Part shown: in pieces, positions 47,633 through 56,754 of the stretch
How positions within the stretch are numbered: the stretch's first letter is position 1
Layout: each line of letters starts with the position of its first letter
Source: Planctomycetota bacterium
GTDB taxonomy: Bacteria; Planctomycetota; UBA1135; UBA2386
DNA length: 64,000 nt
Assembly (NCBI GenBank): GCA_965228735.1
Contig: OZ245838.1
Coordinates: forward strand, 1,152,001-1,216,000
Reading direction: 5' to 3'
Notes under the pieces: model-generated
The model's input: only the letters and a program-made list of their open reading frames with translations
Told to the model about the DNA's origin: nothing
Databases searched by the model: none
Program-made: the position numbers and the translations under genes

Positions 47633-47649
47633 TGTTAAGGAGTCGTCAA
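47633..47649 (-). promoter_or_regulatory. Possible Pho-box-like direct repeat upstream of pstS
   Basis: Minus strand TTGACG-actcc-TTAACA: two related hexamers with an 11-bp period in an AT-richer patch. Confidence 0.35.
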
Positions 47650-47767
47650 GACTGTTTGAGGGGACGCGGTATTCGCGATCCTCGAGGCCGCGGCGGGTGC
47701 GGAATCGGCTGGTAATCCGCCAAATCCACACGGATGGCATCAGTATCCGGGGCATGCTACGGGCGTC

Positions 47768-48199
47768 ATGACCGCTGCCGATCTACCGGCCCACGAACGC
47801 GCGATGAGCCGCGTGCGCCTCGCCAAGCGCATCCGCCGCTGGACGTTCCTGCTCGGAATCATCGCGATCGCGTGGTCCTGGCTGTGGTTCGGCGGCCGCT
47901 GGGTCCCCGAGGGCATGGACACCGTTCCGGAGATGCCCCCGGGAACGTTCTGCTTCATCGCGAAGCGGAGCGGCGGCGTGGCGGTCGACAGCCACGTCTT
48001 CATCAAGATCGGCGGCGGGGACGTCGTGCTCTCCCGCGTGGTCGCCGTGGATCACGGTGCCGGCACGGTCTCGATCCGGCACCCGAACCCGGACTCCAGG
48101 GTCCCGGACAGCCGCGCCCTCGGGGCCCTGCCGCTGGCCGACGTCGAGGGGTTGGTCATCGGCTCGTTCAAGCCGAACACCGGCGATGGCGGGCGCTGA
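47768..48199 (+). CDS. Membrane protein with degenerate S26 signal-peptidase-like fold
   Basis: One TM, then WVPEGMDTVPEMPPG, VLSRVV, PDSRALGALPLADVEG, matching S26 boxes but lacking the catalytic Ser and Lys. Confidence 0.65.
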   Translation: MTAADLPAHERAMSRVRLAKRIRRWTFLLGIIAIAWSWLWFGGRWVPEGMDTVPEMPPGTFCFIAKRSGGVAVDSHVFIKIGGGDVVLSRVVAVDHGAGTVSIRHPNPDSRVPDSRALGALPLADVEGLVIGSFKPNTGDGGR

Positions 48200-49121
48200 A
48201 CGCGCGTTCACGGCGCAGCTCGCGCGCTTCTTCCGCGCCGCGCCGCGGCTGCCCGTCGACCTCGGCGACGACGCGGCCGTGGTGCCCAACCGCGGCTCGC
48301 GTTCGGTCCTGTGCTGCGATCCCGTGATCGGGGACGTGCACTTCACGGCCGCTGACCCGAGCCGGCTCGTCGGCAAGAAGGCCGTGAACCGCAACCTCTC
48401 TGACCTCGCCGCGATGGGGGCGCTGCCCGACTGGCTCCTCGTCAGTCTCGTCCTCGCCCGGAGCACCTCACGAACGTGGACCGACGGCCTGCTGCGCGGC
48501 ATCCGCGACGCCGCGCGTGCGGCCGGCGCGCGAGTCGTCGGCGGCGACGTCGCCGTGCACGACGGCCCGATCGTCGTCACCGTGAGCGCGATCGGGCACC
48601 TCGCCGGCAAGCGCGCCCTCGTGCGCAGCACCGCCCGGGCGGGGGACACGATCCACGTCTCCGGTCCGCTCGGCGGCTCGCGCGCCGGCCACCACCTGCG
48701 CTTTCGCCCGCCGCTCGCGGTCGGCGCCTGGCTTGCCCGCCAGAACGGTGTCGGCGCCGCGATCGACGTCAGCGATGGCCTGCTGCTCGACCTCGCGACG
48801 GTCCTGTCCGCGAGTTCGGCTCGCGGCGCCTCCCTCGGCGCCGAACTCGATGCCGCGCACCTGCCGATTCGCGCCGCCGCCCGCCGCGCCGCCGACGGCA
48901 ACTTCGAGGCCGCCTGCGAGGCGGCGCTGACGGACGGCGAGGACCACGAACTGCTCTGGACCCAGCGGCGATCGCTTGCGGCCGGCGGCCCGTTGTCGCG
49001 GCGCGCCCGCGGCCCGATCGGCCGGGTGACGAAGGCGCCCGGGATCTGGCTCGTCGGTCGCGACGGCGAACGCCGGCGCCTCGCGGCGCGGGGGTTCGAG
49101 CACGCGATCCGGCGCCGCTGA
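48186..49121 (+). CDS. thiL: Thiamine-monophosphate kinase
   Basis: GDDAAV, VHF, NLSDLAAMGA, VGGD, IDVSDGL, GEDHELL. Confidence 0.94.
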   Translation: MAGAERAFTAQLARFFRAAPRLPVDLGDDAAVVPNRGSRSVLCCDPVIGDVHFTAADPSRLVGKKAVNRNLSDLAAMGALPDWLLVSLVLARSTSRTWTDGLLRGIRDAARAAGARVVGGDVAVHDGPIVVTVSAIGHLAGKRALVRSTARAGDTIHVSGPLGGSRAGHHLRFRPPLAVGAWLARQNGVGAAIDVSDGLLLDLATVLSASSARGASLGAELDAAHLPIRAAARRAADGNFEAACEAALTDGEDHELLWTQRRSLAAGGPLSRRARGPIGRVTKAPGIWLVGRDGERRRLAARGFEHAIRRR

Positions 49122-49184
49122 CCGGAATTCGGCGCCCCGCCCTTTCCTCGGATCCGGCTGCTGGTTTGAGTGTGGATCGCCACG

Positions 49185-49691
49185 ATGTCCGCCCCGATCA
49201 CCACCTTCGAACTGCCGAACGAGCCGGCCGCGACCGAACGGCTCGGCGAGTGGTTGGGCGCGCACCTGCAGCCCGGCGACACGCTGGCCCTCGTCGGTGA
49301 GCTCGGGAGCGGCAAGACGACCCTGGTGCGGGGGCTGGCCCGCGGACTGGACCTCGACGACCCGGACGCGGTTGCCAGTCCGACCTATTTGCTCGTACTC
49401 GAGCATCCGGGACCGAAACCGTTGCGGCACGCCGACGCCTACCTGCCCGACAAGCTCACGGGCTTCCTCGAGGACGGCGGCCTGGACTACCTGCTCGACG
49501 GTGACTCGGTGGTCGCGGTCGAATGGGCCGACCGCGTGCGTGACATGTTGCCGGAGCGCACGTTGTGGCTGACCCTGAGCGTCGCCCCGAACGGCGGCCG
49601 GCTCGTGGAGCTGCGAACCGCTCGGCCCGAGGATTTCTCGTTCGCCGCAAATCCGCCGGACGACCGCCCGCAGGGTGCTGGGAACGCGTAA
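49185..49691 (+). CDS. tsaE: tRNA threonylcarbamoyladenosine biosynthesis ATPase TsaE
   Basis: GELGSGKTT, VASPTY, HADAY, VEWA. Confidence 0.93.
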   Translation: MSAPITTFELPNEPAATERLGEWLGAHLQPGDTLALVGELGSGKTTLVRGLARGLDLDDPDAVASPTYLLVLEHPGPKPLRHADAYLPDKLTGFLEDGGLDYLLDGDSVVAVEWADRVRDMLPERTLWLTLSVAPNGGRLVELRTARPEDFSFAANPPDDRPQGAGNA

Positions 49692-49817
49692 GATACGTCG
49701 CAACGACAGGTCCCCGGCAGGTCCGATCCGGGCCCGGAATTCCCGCTCCCGACTGAACCACCGCGGGCCGATCGTCGTTCCCGCAGAGGTCCCGCAGACC
49801 CCTCGAATCCGAACGCC

Positions 49818-50519
49818 GTGAAGCACCCGGCCCGCACACCACCTGCAGACTCGCCGACGGTCGATGTCGACCTGTTGGCGGCGTATCGCGCGGGCGACTC
49901 GCAGGCATTCCGCCGGCTCGTCGACCAGTTCCGCGACCGCATCGTGCAGTTCTTCTACCGCCTGTGCTGGGACCGCGACAAAGCGGAGGACCTGGCGCAG
50001 GAGCTGTTCCTCAAGCTGCTGATCGGCAGCAAGCGGTATCGCCCCGAGGGCAAGATGGTGACGTTCGTCTACCGCGTCGCCACCAACCTCTGGATCGATC
50101 ACTACCGGCAGATGCGCCCGCGGCCGCGCTTCCACTCGCTCGACCAGGTGACGTACCCGGACGGCGAGACGCGCAAGGTCGAATACGCGAACGACGACAA
50201 GGCGCCGGCCGAGCAACTGCAGGACGGGGAAGAACGGGCGGCGCTGCGCACGGCCCTCGAGTCGTTGACCGAGCCGCACCGACTGGTGTTCGAACTCGCG
50301 GTGTATCAAGAACGGCCGTACGCGGAGATCAGCGAATTGCTGAGCATCCCCGTCGGCACGGTCAAATCGCGGATGCACAACGCCGTCGCGGCGCTCAAGC
50401 AGATGCTCGGCGCCAGCGACAGTTCGGCGGGTGCGGACGGCCACGATACTGGCGCTCGGGAAGCTGGCCCATGGCAAGCTGGCGGTGGGGCGAGCGACCG
50501 CAAGGCGGGCGGCGCCTGA
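49818..50519 (+). CDS. ECF RNA polymerase sigma factor
   Basis: AEDLAQELFL, YRVATNLWIDHYR, YAEISELLSIPVGTVKSRMH. Confidence 0.93.
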   Translation: MKHPARTPPADSPTVDVDLLAAYRAGDSQAFRRLVDQFRDRIVQFFYRLCWDRDKAEDLAQELFLKLLIGSKRYRPEGKMVTFVYRVATNLWIDHYRQMRPRPRFHSLDQVTYPDGETRKVEYANDDKAPAEQLQDGEERAALRTALESLTEPHRLVFELAVYQERPYAEISELLSIPVGTVKSRMHNAVAALKQMLGASDSSAGADGHDTGAREAGPWQAGGGASDRKAGGA

Positions 50520-50546
50520 CGGCGTCACGATCCTGAAGCCACGATC

Positions 50547-52298
50547 ATGAATCCGGACAGCGACACGAACGACTTCGACGGCCTCGACGCGCGGCGCGGT
50601 CTCGCCCCTCGGGACGAGAACGGCGCGGGCTCGGACCTCGAGCCGATCGACCTGCTGTTGCGTGCGGGCAGCCCGGAGGAGCTGCAGGGCTTCCGCGATC
50701 GCGTCGGCCAGGATCCGCTGCTCGCGCTCGAGCTCGCGGACACGGTCGCGCTCGTCGAGCGGCTGCGGACGGTGCGCGTCGAACCGGATGCCGCGTTCGC
50801 GGGCAAACTCGCGGATGTCGTGCAGCGCGCCGAACGGCGCATGACGCCGGAGAACCAAGCCGGGCCGTGGCTCGCCGCGGCGGCGCTGATGATCGTCACG
50901 TTCGGCCTGCTCGCGTGGCTCGACCCGCTCGACCTGCGGCGCGACGACGCGGTGACCGGCGGGATGGCGGCGCTGCTCGCGAACGCCCCCCTCGGTAATA
51001 CTCCACTAGGCGGCGCAGCCGCAGCCGTGCAGGCCGGGGTCGCCGGGGCGACGGATGACGATCGGACGCCGACGGACGAGACCACGACTGGGTCGCAGAA
51101 CCGCGCCGACGCCGCGGCCTCGCCGGCTCGACGTGACGGCTCTGGGCGTCACAGAGCTGGGTTCGATTCGGAGCGCTCGCGGGCCGAGCGACCTGTACCG
51201 GAGCTGCCGGCGGTGGCATTCGACGAGGTGCCGACCGCCGACGAGATCGAGCACGAGGATGCGCTGCGCGTGATCCGCGAACGGTTCGAGATCGAATCGG
51301 CCGAGCACATGACCGCGGCGCTCGATCGCGCCCTGGCGGCAGCCGAGCCGTCCTCGGCCGACCAGCTCTCACGCTGGCTCGATCCGCAGAATGCGCTCGC
51401 CCGGCTCGCGCTCGATCACGAACTGCGCGAGAGTGTGGAAGTGCGGCGCGCGGCGCTGCGCAGCCTCGGCGCGATGATCGCGGCCGACAAGCGCGCGCAA
51501 GACCTGGCGGACGGCGTCGCGTCGGAGCTGCGCGCCGATGACGGCTCGCTGTCGACGACGACGGTCGCCCTCGGCGTGCGCGCGATCGTGGCCGCGGGGG
51601 CTTCGTCCCCGAACCGCCGCGCCGCGCTCGAACGGGGCACCGCGCGACTCGCGCGCGACGTGTCGCAGCTGATCGGCGGGGAGCGGGCGGCGGTGCTCGC
51701 GGCGCTCGTCGAATCGGCCGCGGTCGAACGCGTCCACGCGGGCGGCATCCGCGCGACCGGCGAAGCACTCGTCGACGAAGTGCTCAAGCTCGACGACGAG
51801 ACCTGGCGCCGCCGGCGGCCGGAACTGCTGTCCGCCCGCGTCGCGGCCGCGACGATCGGCGAAGCGGGCCGCACGCTGGCGCTGTTGCCCGCGTTCGGCG
51901 TGACCGGGGAACGCTGCACGCTCGTGCGGCGACTGCTCCTCGGCGAGTTGTGGGAACGGCGCAGCCGCACGGCCGGTGAGCGCCCCGAGGTCCTCGCCGC
52001 GATGCTCTACGGCTTCGCCGACCTGCTCGGGGACCGCGACTGCAACGAGCTCGTGCGGCAGCTGCGCCGCTGGAAGCCGGCGCATCTCGCGCCGGACTTC
52101 ATCACGGTGCAGCAGACGGCGTGGGGCGTCGAGCCCGGCCGCCTCGGCTTCACGGCGCTGCAGCGTGACCTGCGTCAGCTCGTGATCCTGCCCGAGCCGG
52201 TGGACCTGGCGCAGCGCGCGACACTCTGCATGTGCCTCGCGACGAACTACGCCGCGCACCGCGCCGAGTCACTGGCGCGGTTCACCGGCGGCCGCTGA
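50547..52298 (+). CDS. Putative membrane anti-sigma factor with large helical extracytoplasmic domain
   Basis: Directly downstream of the ECF sigma; short acidic N-terminal domain, single TM (WLAAAALMIVTFGLLAWL), low-complexity linker, helical C-terminus. Confidence 0.65.
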   Translation: MNPDSDTNDFDGLDARRGLAPRDENGAGSDLEPIDLLLRAGSPEELQGFRDRVGQDPLLALELADTVALVERLRTVRVEPDAAFAGKLADVVQRAERRMTPENQAGPWLAAAALMIVTFGLLAWLDPLDLRRDDAVTGGMAALLANAPLGNTPLGGAAAAVQAGVAGATDDDRTPTDETTTGSQNRADAAASPARRDGSGRHRAGFDSERSRAERPVPELPAVAFDEVPTADEIEHEDALRVIRERFEIESAEHMTAALDRALAAAEPSSADQLSRWLDPQNALARLALDHELRESVEVRRAALRSLGAMIAADKRAQDLADGVASELRADDGSLSTTTVALGVRAIVAAGASSPNRRAALERGTARLARDVSQLIGGERAAVLAALVESAAVERVHAGGIRATGEALVDEVLKLDDETWRRRRPELLSARVAAATIGEAGRTLALLPAFGVTGERCTLVRRLLLGELWERRSRTAGERPEVLAAMLYGFADLLGDRDCNELVRQLRRWKPAHLAPDFITVQQTAWGVEPGRLGFTALQRDLRQLVILPEPVDLAQRATLCMCLATNYAAHRAESLARFTGGR

Positions 52299-52409
52299 GT
52301 CCGCGCTCCGGAACGCCGAGGATCGCCCGAGCGGGCCAGCCCCGGTCAGTTTTGGCTGGGCTCGCGTGCCACCACCGGGTACTTCCGTTGCTGCACGTAG
52401 CGACGGTCC

Positions 52410-53990
52410 ATGAATCGAACACCACTCGTCCTCGTCTGCGCTCTCGCTTGCATGGCTTTGTTGCGGGGTCAGCAAGGCGGCCGGCCCGATGCGGCCGCCA
52501 CGGGTGGTCCGGATCCGCAGCCAGGCGTTCGTGAGCAGGACCCGCAAGAATCCGCGCCCGTCCCGACCGACGCCGAGGCCGATCAGCGCGGCAGTCCCGT
52601 CCGCGCCCTGTCGCTCGAGGATGCGATGCGCCTCGGCCGCACCAACAACGCCGACCTGCAGGCCGCCGAGCTGCTGCCGGAACAGGCGCGCCTGGATCTG
52701 CTGTTCGCCGAGGCGGGTTTCGAGCCCGAGGCGTACGCGAACGCGACGTACAGCGAGTCCGCGTCGCCCCAGCGCAACGCGTTCCAGCCGTCGGTGCAGC
52801 GCGAGCAGATCGACGCCACGCTCGGTTGGCGCCAGCGCGTCGTGACCGGCGGCTTGTTCGACCTCGCGTTCCGGCCCGCGCGCCTCGTGACGTCCGGCTC
52901 GGCCGCGTTCCCCGACAAGCTCTACACGGCCGAGTGGTCCGCGAGCTTTCGGCAGCCGCTGCTGCGCGGAGCGTGGACGGACTACAACCTCGGTCCGGTC
53001 AACTCGGCGCGCTACGCCGCGACCCAGGCGCGGCATGATTTTGACTTCGCGGTGCAGGACACGCTGATCGCGATCGTCGAGGCCTACTGGGAACTCGTGT
53101 TCGCGCGCGAGAACTGGCGCGTGGTCGGTTCGGCGCTCGCGGTCGCGGAAGAACAGCTCCGCATCACCGACGAGCGCATCCGCGTTCGGCAGCTCGCGGC
53201 CCGTGACCGCATCGCGGACGAAGCCGAGGTCGCGCGTCGGCGCGAGGAGCTCATCGTCGCGGAGAACTCGATCCGCACGCGTGAGGACGATCTGCGCCGC
53301 CTGCTCTTCGAGTCCTCGGACCCGCGGTTCTGGCAGGTCAACCTGCGCCCGATCAGCCCGATCGACATCGAACCGCCGCAGGAGCAACGCGCGTTCGAAC
53401 CGCTCGTCGGCGTCGCGATCGCCAATCGGCCGGACCTGCGCAGTCAGCGGGCCGCGATCGCGCAGGCCGAGGTCGCGCAGCTGCAGGCCGAACGCGACAC
53501 CCTGCCGGGGCTCGAGCTCGTCGGCAATTGGTCGAGCGACGGCGCCCGTGACAGCTTCCATCGCGCCTACGGCGACACGGTGAACTTCAACTTCCCGGAC
53601 TGGAGCGTCGGCCTCGAGTTCGCGATGCCGATCGGCAACAGCGCCGCGGAGGCCACGCAGCGCCGCGCCCAGCTCGAGGTCGAGCGCCAGCGCCGGCAGC
53701 TGCACGCGGCCACCCTGGAGGCCACGCGCGAAGTGCGGGCCGCAGCGCGCAACCTCAACACCCTCTCGGAGAGCATCCGGGCGAGCGCCGAATCGGTGCG
53801 GCTGGCGCAGAGCGACCTCGAGACGGAGCAGGTCAAGCTGCGCGTCGGCTCGTCGACCGCGTTCGAGGTGCAGCAGCGCAATCAGGATCTGCGGGAGGCT
53901 CGATCGCGGCACCTGCGCAACCTGCTGGACTACCACGTGGCCGAGAGCCGGCTGCTCTACGTCCAGGGCATTCTCGAAACGCCGCGCTGA
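52410..53990 (+). CDS. TolC-family outer membrane protein
   Basis: Signal peptide; LSLEDAMR...NN.DL, QPLLRG, AYWELV, RPDL, LP.L.L, WSVGLEFAMPIGN, G.STAFEV. Confidence 0.9.
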   Translation: MNRTPLVLVCALACMALLRGQQGGRPDAAATGGPDPQPGVREQDPQESAPVPTDAEADQRGSPVRALSLEDAMRLGRTNNADLQAAELLPEQARLDLLFAEAGFEPEAYANATYSESASPQRNAFQPSVQREQIDATLGWRQRVVTGGLFDLAFRPARLVTSGSAAFPDKLYTAEWSASFRQPLLRGAWTDYNLGPVNSARYAATQARHDFDFAVQDTLIAIVEAYWELVFARENWRVVGSALAVAEEQLRITDERIRVRQLAARDRIADEAEVARRREELIVAENSIRTREDDLRRLLFESSDPRFWQVNLRPISPIDIEPPQEQRAFEPLVGVAIANRPDLRSQRAAIAQAEVAQLQAERDTLPGLELVGNWSSDGARDSFHRAYGDTVNFNFPDWSVGLEFAMPIGNSAAEATQRRAQLEVERQRRQLHAATLEATREVRAAARNLNTLSESIRASAESVRLAQSDLETEQVKLRVGSSTAFEVQQRNQDLREARSRHLRNLLDYHVAESRLLYVQGILETPR

Positions 53991-54020
53991 TGGCCGCTCG
54001 GCGCCCATCCCCCAGACCCC

Positions 54021-54090
54021 CGGTTGGGCCAGGTTGGGTCCGGCTGGGCCTGGTTGCGCCTCGTTGGGCCCGGCCGCGCCGGGTTGGCGG
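54021..54090. repeat. Degenerate 10-bp tandem repeat, about 7 copies (consensus nGGTTGGGCC)
   Basis: cggttgggcc aggttgggtc cggctgggcc tggttgcgcc tcgttgggcc cggccgcgcc gggttggcgg. Confidence 0.7.
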
Positions 54091-54155
54091 CGAGTCCCGC
54101 CGCCGGCTTGCCGATAGGGAGTTTTGACCCGTGACGGTCGGTTGTTCCTGAACTA

Positions 54156-55913
54156 ATGCCACTCCCGATGCCGCGTTCGCTGTCCGCCTTTCGTTCCCCC
54201 CGGTCGGGTGCCCTGCCATGGCAGCGCGGGCTCGGCGCCGTGGCCGCGGCGATCCTGTTCGTCGGTTCCGCGATGACCCAGGTGGTGGCTCAGGCACCGC
54301 TCGAGGCGCAGGCGCCGCGCGTCAGCCAGTCGGACAACCCGTACGGCCTGCAGCCGTTCTACCCCGACTTCCCGGTCACGCTCGACTATCCGGACCACAC
54401 CAACATCGAATACGACCGCACGCGGCGCCAGGTCGTGGAGCGCATCGTCAAGAACCTCGAAGGCGCGGGCCGGCGCGAGGCCTGGAAGTTCGCGACCGAG
54501 TTCTTCTGGAACGCGACGGACGAGTTCATCGAGCCGCTGATCGAGGAGATGGACCGCGCACTGCTCGATCCGAGCCGCACGGACATGGTGCGCAACTGCG
54601 CCGAGGCGATGGGGCGGATGGGGCGCCCCGAGTTCGACGCGGCGCTGCGGCGCGCGCTCGAACACAAGAACGACAAGGTCCGGCAAGCGGCGCTCGGCGC
54701 GCTGGCGCGCTCGAGCACGAAGGACACGCTGCGGGGCATGGCACGGCTCTACCCGAGCATGAACGCGCGCGGCCGCCAGGCGTGGCTGCTCGCCGTGCGC
54801 GAACGGCTCGAGCCGGCCGAGGTCGTCGAGATCTACACGCCGCTCATGATGGCCAACGTCGCGCCGTCGATCCGCGACGAGGTCCTCCGCGAGACGATGA
54901 AGCTGCCGCCCGAGTTCGCCGCGCCGATCCTGCGCGGGCGCTGGGACGGGGCGCTCGGTGAGTTCAAGGCGATCATCGCGGGCATCCTGCACGCCGCGGG
55001 GGACACGGCCGGCACGACGTGGCTGCGGGACGCCCTGGGCGGCACGGACCTGCAGACCCTGACCCAGGCCATTCGGCATTCCCGCTTCGGCGAGCTCGGC
55101 CTGCTGCGCAACGACCTGCTGGCGCTGTCGACGCACCCCCGCGGCGACATCCGCCTCGAGCTCGCCCGGCTCCTGCGGCACTACGACGGCGACGACATCG
55201 CCGACGTCTACGAGGTCCTGAGTCAGCCCGAGGAGGCCTGGGAGATCAAGAGCCTGAGCCTGCGCGAGCTGCGCCGGCGTGGTCGAACCGCCGTCGCGAG
55301 CGCGCTGCTCGACGAGGTCAAGACCGCGAAGGGCACGCGCCTCCAGCGGGTGCTCGACATGCTCGGCGCAACGGCCGATCCGCGGGCCGTGCCGATCTTC
55401 AAGCAGCGGTTCGAGGCCGCCCCGGAAGGTGAAGGGCGCCCGTTCCTGCAGTCCCTGGCAGTGCTCGGCGGCGAAGCGTCGGCCCGCGCGATGCTCGACA
55501 TCTTCAAGGCCGAGGAGAAGGTCGTCGATCGCAAGGGCAACGCCGGACAGCTGACGACGATCAACTACATCCCGCTGCTCCTCATGAACGTGCGCGGGAC
55601 CGAGCAGCTCATCGTCGAGACGTTCCAGCAGCTCGACAAGTCCGACTGGCGACGCCGCGCGGCGCTGATGCCGACGATCCTCGGCATGGCCGCCGACAAC
55701 ACCGATCCGATCGTGAGTCAGCAGGCCGCGGAACCGATTCGCGCCGTCCTGTTCGATCGGAGCCAGGCCCCGCAGCTGCGCGTGCTCGCGCTCAACCTGC
55801 TCGCGCGCCGGCACCTCACGGTCGACGACGTGATGAAGCTGAAGAACCGGCGCTTCGACGAACAGCCCGGCCTGCGCACGCTGCTGTCGGACTTCCTCGT
55901 GCTCTTCTTCTGA
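54156..55913 (+). CDS. Secreted HEAT-repeat protein; start uncertain
   Basis: Hydrophobic N-terminal segment; repeated VR..AAEAMG.MG, VRQAALGALA, DPRAVP motifs; typical codon usage. Confidence 0.8.
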   Translation: MPLPMPRSLSAFRSPRSGALPWQRGLGAVAAAILFVGSAMTQVVAQAPLEAQAPRVSQSDNPYGLQPFYPDFPVTLDYPDHTNIEYDRTRRQVVERIVKNLEGAGRREAWKFATEFFWNATDEFIEPLIEEMDRALLDPSRTDMVRNCAEAMGRMGRPEFDAALRRALEHKNDKVRQAALGALARSSTKDTLRGMARLYPSMNARGRQAWLLAVRERLEPAEVVEIYTPLMMANVAPSIRDEVLRETMKLPPEFAAPILRGRWDGALGEFKAIIAGILHAAGDTAGTTWLRDALGGTDLQTLTQAIRHSRFGELGLLRNDLLALSTHPRGDIRLELARLLRHYDGDDIADVYEVLSQPEEAWEIKSLSLRELRRRGRTAVASALLDEVKTAKGTRLQRVLDMLGATADPRAVPIFKQRFEAAPEGEGRPFLQSLAVLGGEASARAMLDIFKAEEKVVDRKGNAGQLTTINYIPLLLMNVRGTEQLIVETFQQLDKSDWRRRAALMPTILGMAADNTDPIVSQQAAEPIRAVLFDRSQAPQLRVLALNLLARRHLTVDDVMKLKNRRFDEQPGLRTLLSDFLVLFF

Positions 55914-55920
55914 TCGGGTC

Positions 55921-55935
55921 GCCCGCTTCGCGGGC
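55921..55935. terminator. GC hairpin between convergent genes
   Basis: GCCCGC-TTC-GCGGGC; reads GCGAAGC core on the minus strand. Confidence 0.45.
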
Positions 55936-55943
55936 AGGCGCGT

Positions 55944-56142
55944 TCAACGTTCGATACGCGCATGCACGATCCAGCGTGGTCCTGCGCAGGACGCGGGCTC
56001 AACGTTCGATACGCGCATGCACGATCCAGCGTGGTCCTGCGCAGGACGCGGGCTCAACGTTCGATACGCGCATGCACGATCCAGCGTGGTCCTGCGCAGG
56101 ACGCGGGCTCAACGTTCGATACGCGCATGCACGATCCAGCGT
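55944..56142. repeat. Perfect 55-bp tandem repeat, 3 full copies plus a 34-bp partial copy
   Basis: Units start at 55944, 55999, 56054 and 56109; unit = tcaacgttcgatacgcgcatgcacgatccagcgt + ggtcctgcgcaggacgcgggc. Confidence 0.97.
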
Positions 56143-56732
56143 TCGTCGTCCTGCCCGTAGTAGGACGTCGTCCATTCCCACAGCGCCTGGCGGCGCTGCG
56201 CGCAGCCCGGCCGGGGATGCTTGTCGAGGCCCGCGTACTTGTCCTTGAGGTTGCGGGTGTAGGCGGGCAGCGCGTTGCTCGGGTGGAAGAACACGCTGTG
56301 GGCCGGACCGATCTGGCGCGCTGGCCAGGCCATCACCTCGTAGGCCGGGATCGCGACATCGGACGGGGCCTCGGTGCGCGCGCACGGGCTCGGAGCCAGG
56401 TGGAAGAGGTAGTGCTTGTTCTGCAGGGTGAGCAGCGTGCCGGGGAGCGCAGGCTCGACGACCTCGAGGTCCGCGGTGTAGATGCGCTGGCGTTCGGCGT
56501 GCCGCCAGAACTTCGCGAGCGCGATGTGGGCGTCCTCGGGCGTCAGCTCGAAGTCCCATTCCAGCATCGAATCGAGCAGCAGGGCGGCGATCGTGTCGGC
56601 GCGCTGCTCGACCCGCGAGTTGCGGCGCGCGGTCGCGAACGGGGCCCACAAGCTGCCCGCGAGCAGCGTGACCCCGATCGTCAGATACCAGGTCGCCGGA
56701 TTCAGGAAGCCTGCCCACCGCAGCCGCACCAT
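56109..56732 (-). CDS. Hypothetical membrane-anchored protein (pilin-like architecture possible)
   Basis: ATG 56732; N-terminal TM then helix; HYLF...AYEVMAWP...VFF segment; its last 34 nt form the tandem repeat. Confidence 0.72.
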   Translation of the reverse strand: MVRLRWAGFLNPATWYLTIGVTLLAGSLWAPFATARRNSRVEQRADTIAALLLDSMLEWDFELTPEDAHIALAKFWRHAERQRIYTADLEVVEPALPGTLLTLQNKHYLFHLAPSPCARTEAPSDVAIPAYEVMAWPARQIGPAHSVFFHPSNALPAYTRNLKDKYAGLDKHPRPGCAQRRQALWEWTTSYYGQDDERWIVHARIER

Positions 56733-56754
56733 GCCTGCAGTATCGTGCCGCGCG

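Noticed and set aside
55944..56142. CRISPR array (34-bp repeat with 21-bp spacers)
   Set aside because: Spacers are identical, the repeat is the 3' end of a CDS, and there are no cas genes; it is a tandem repeat.
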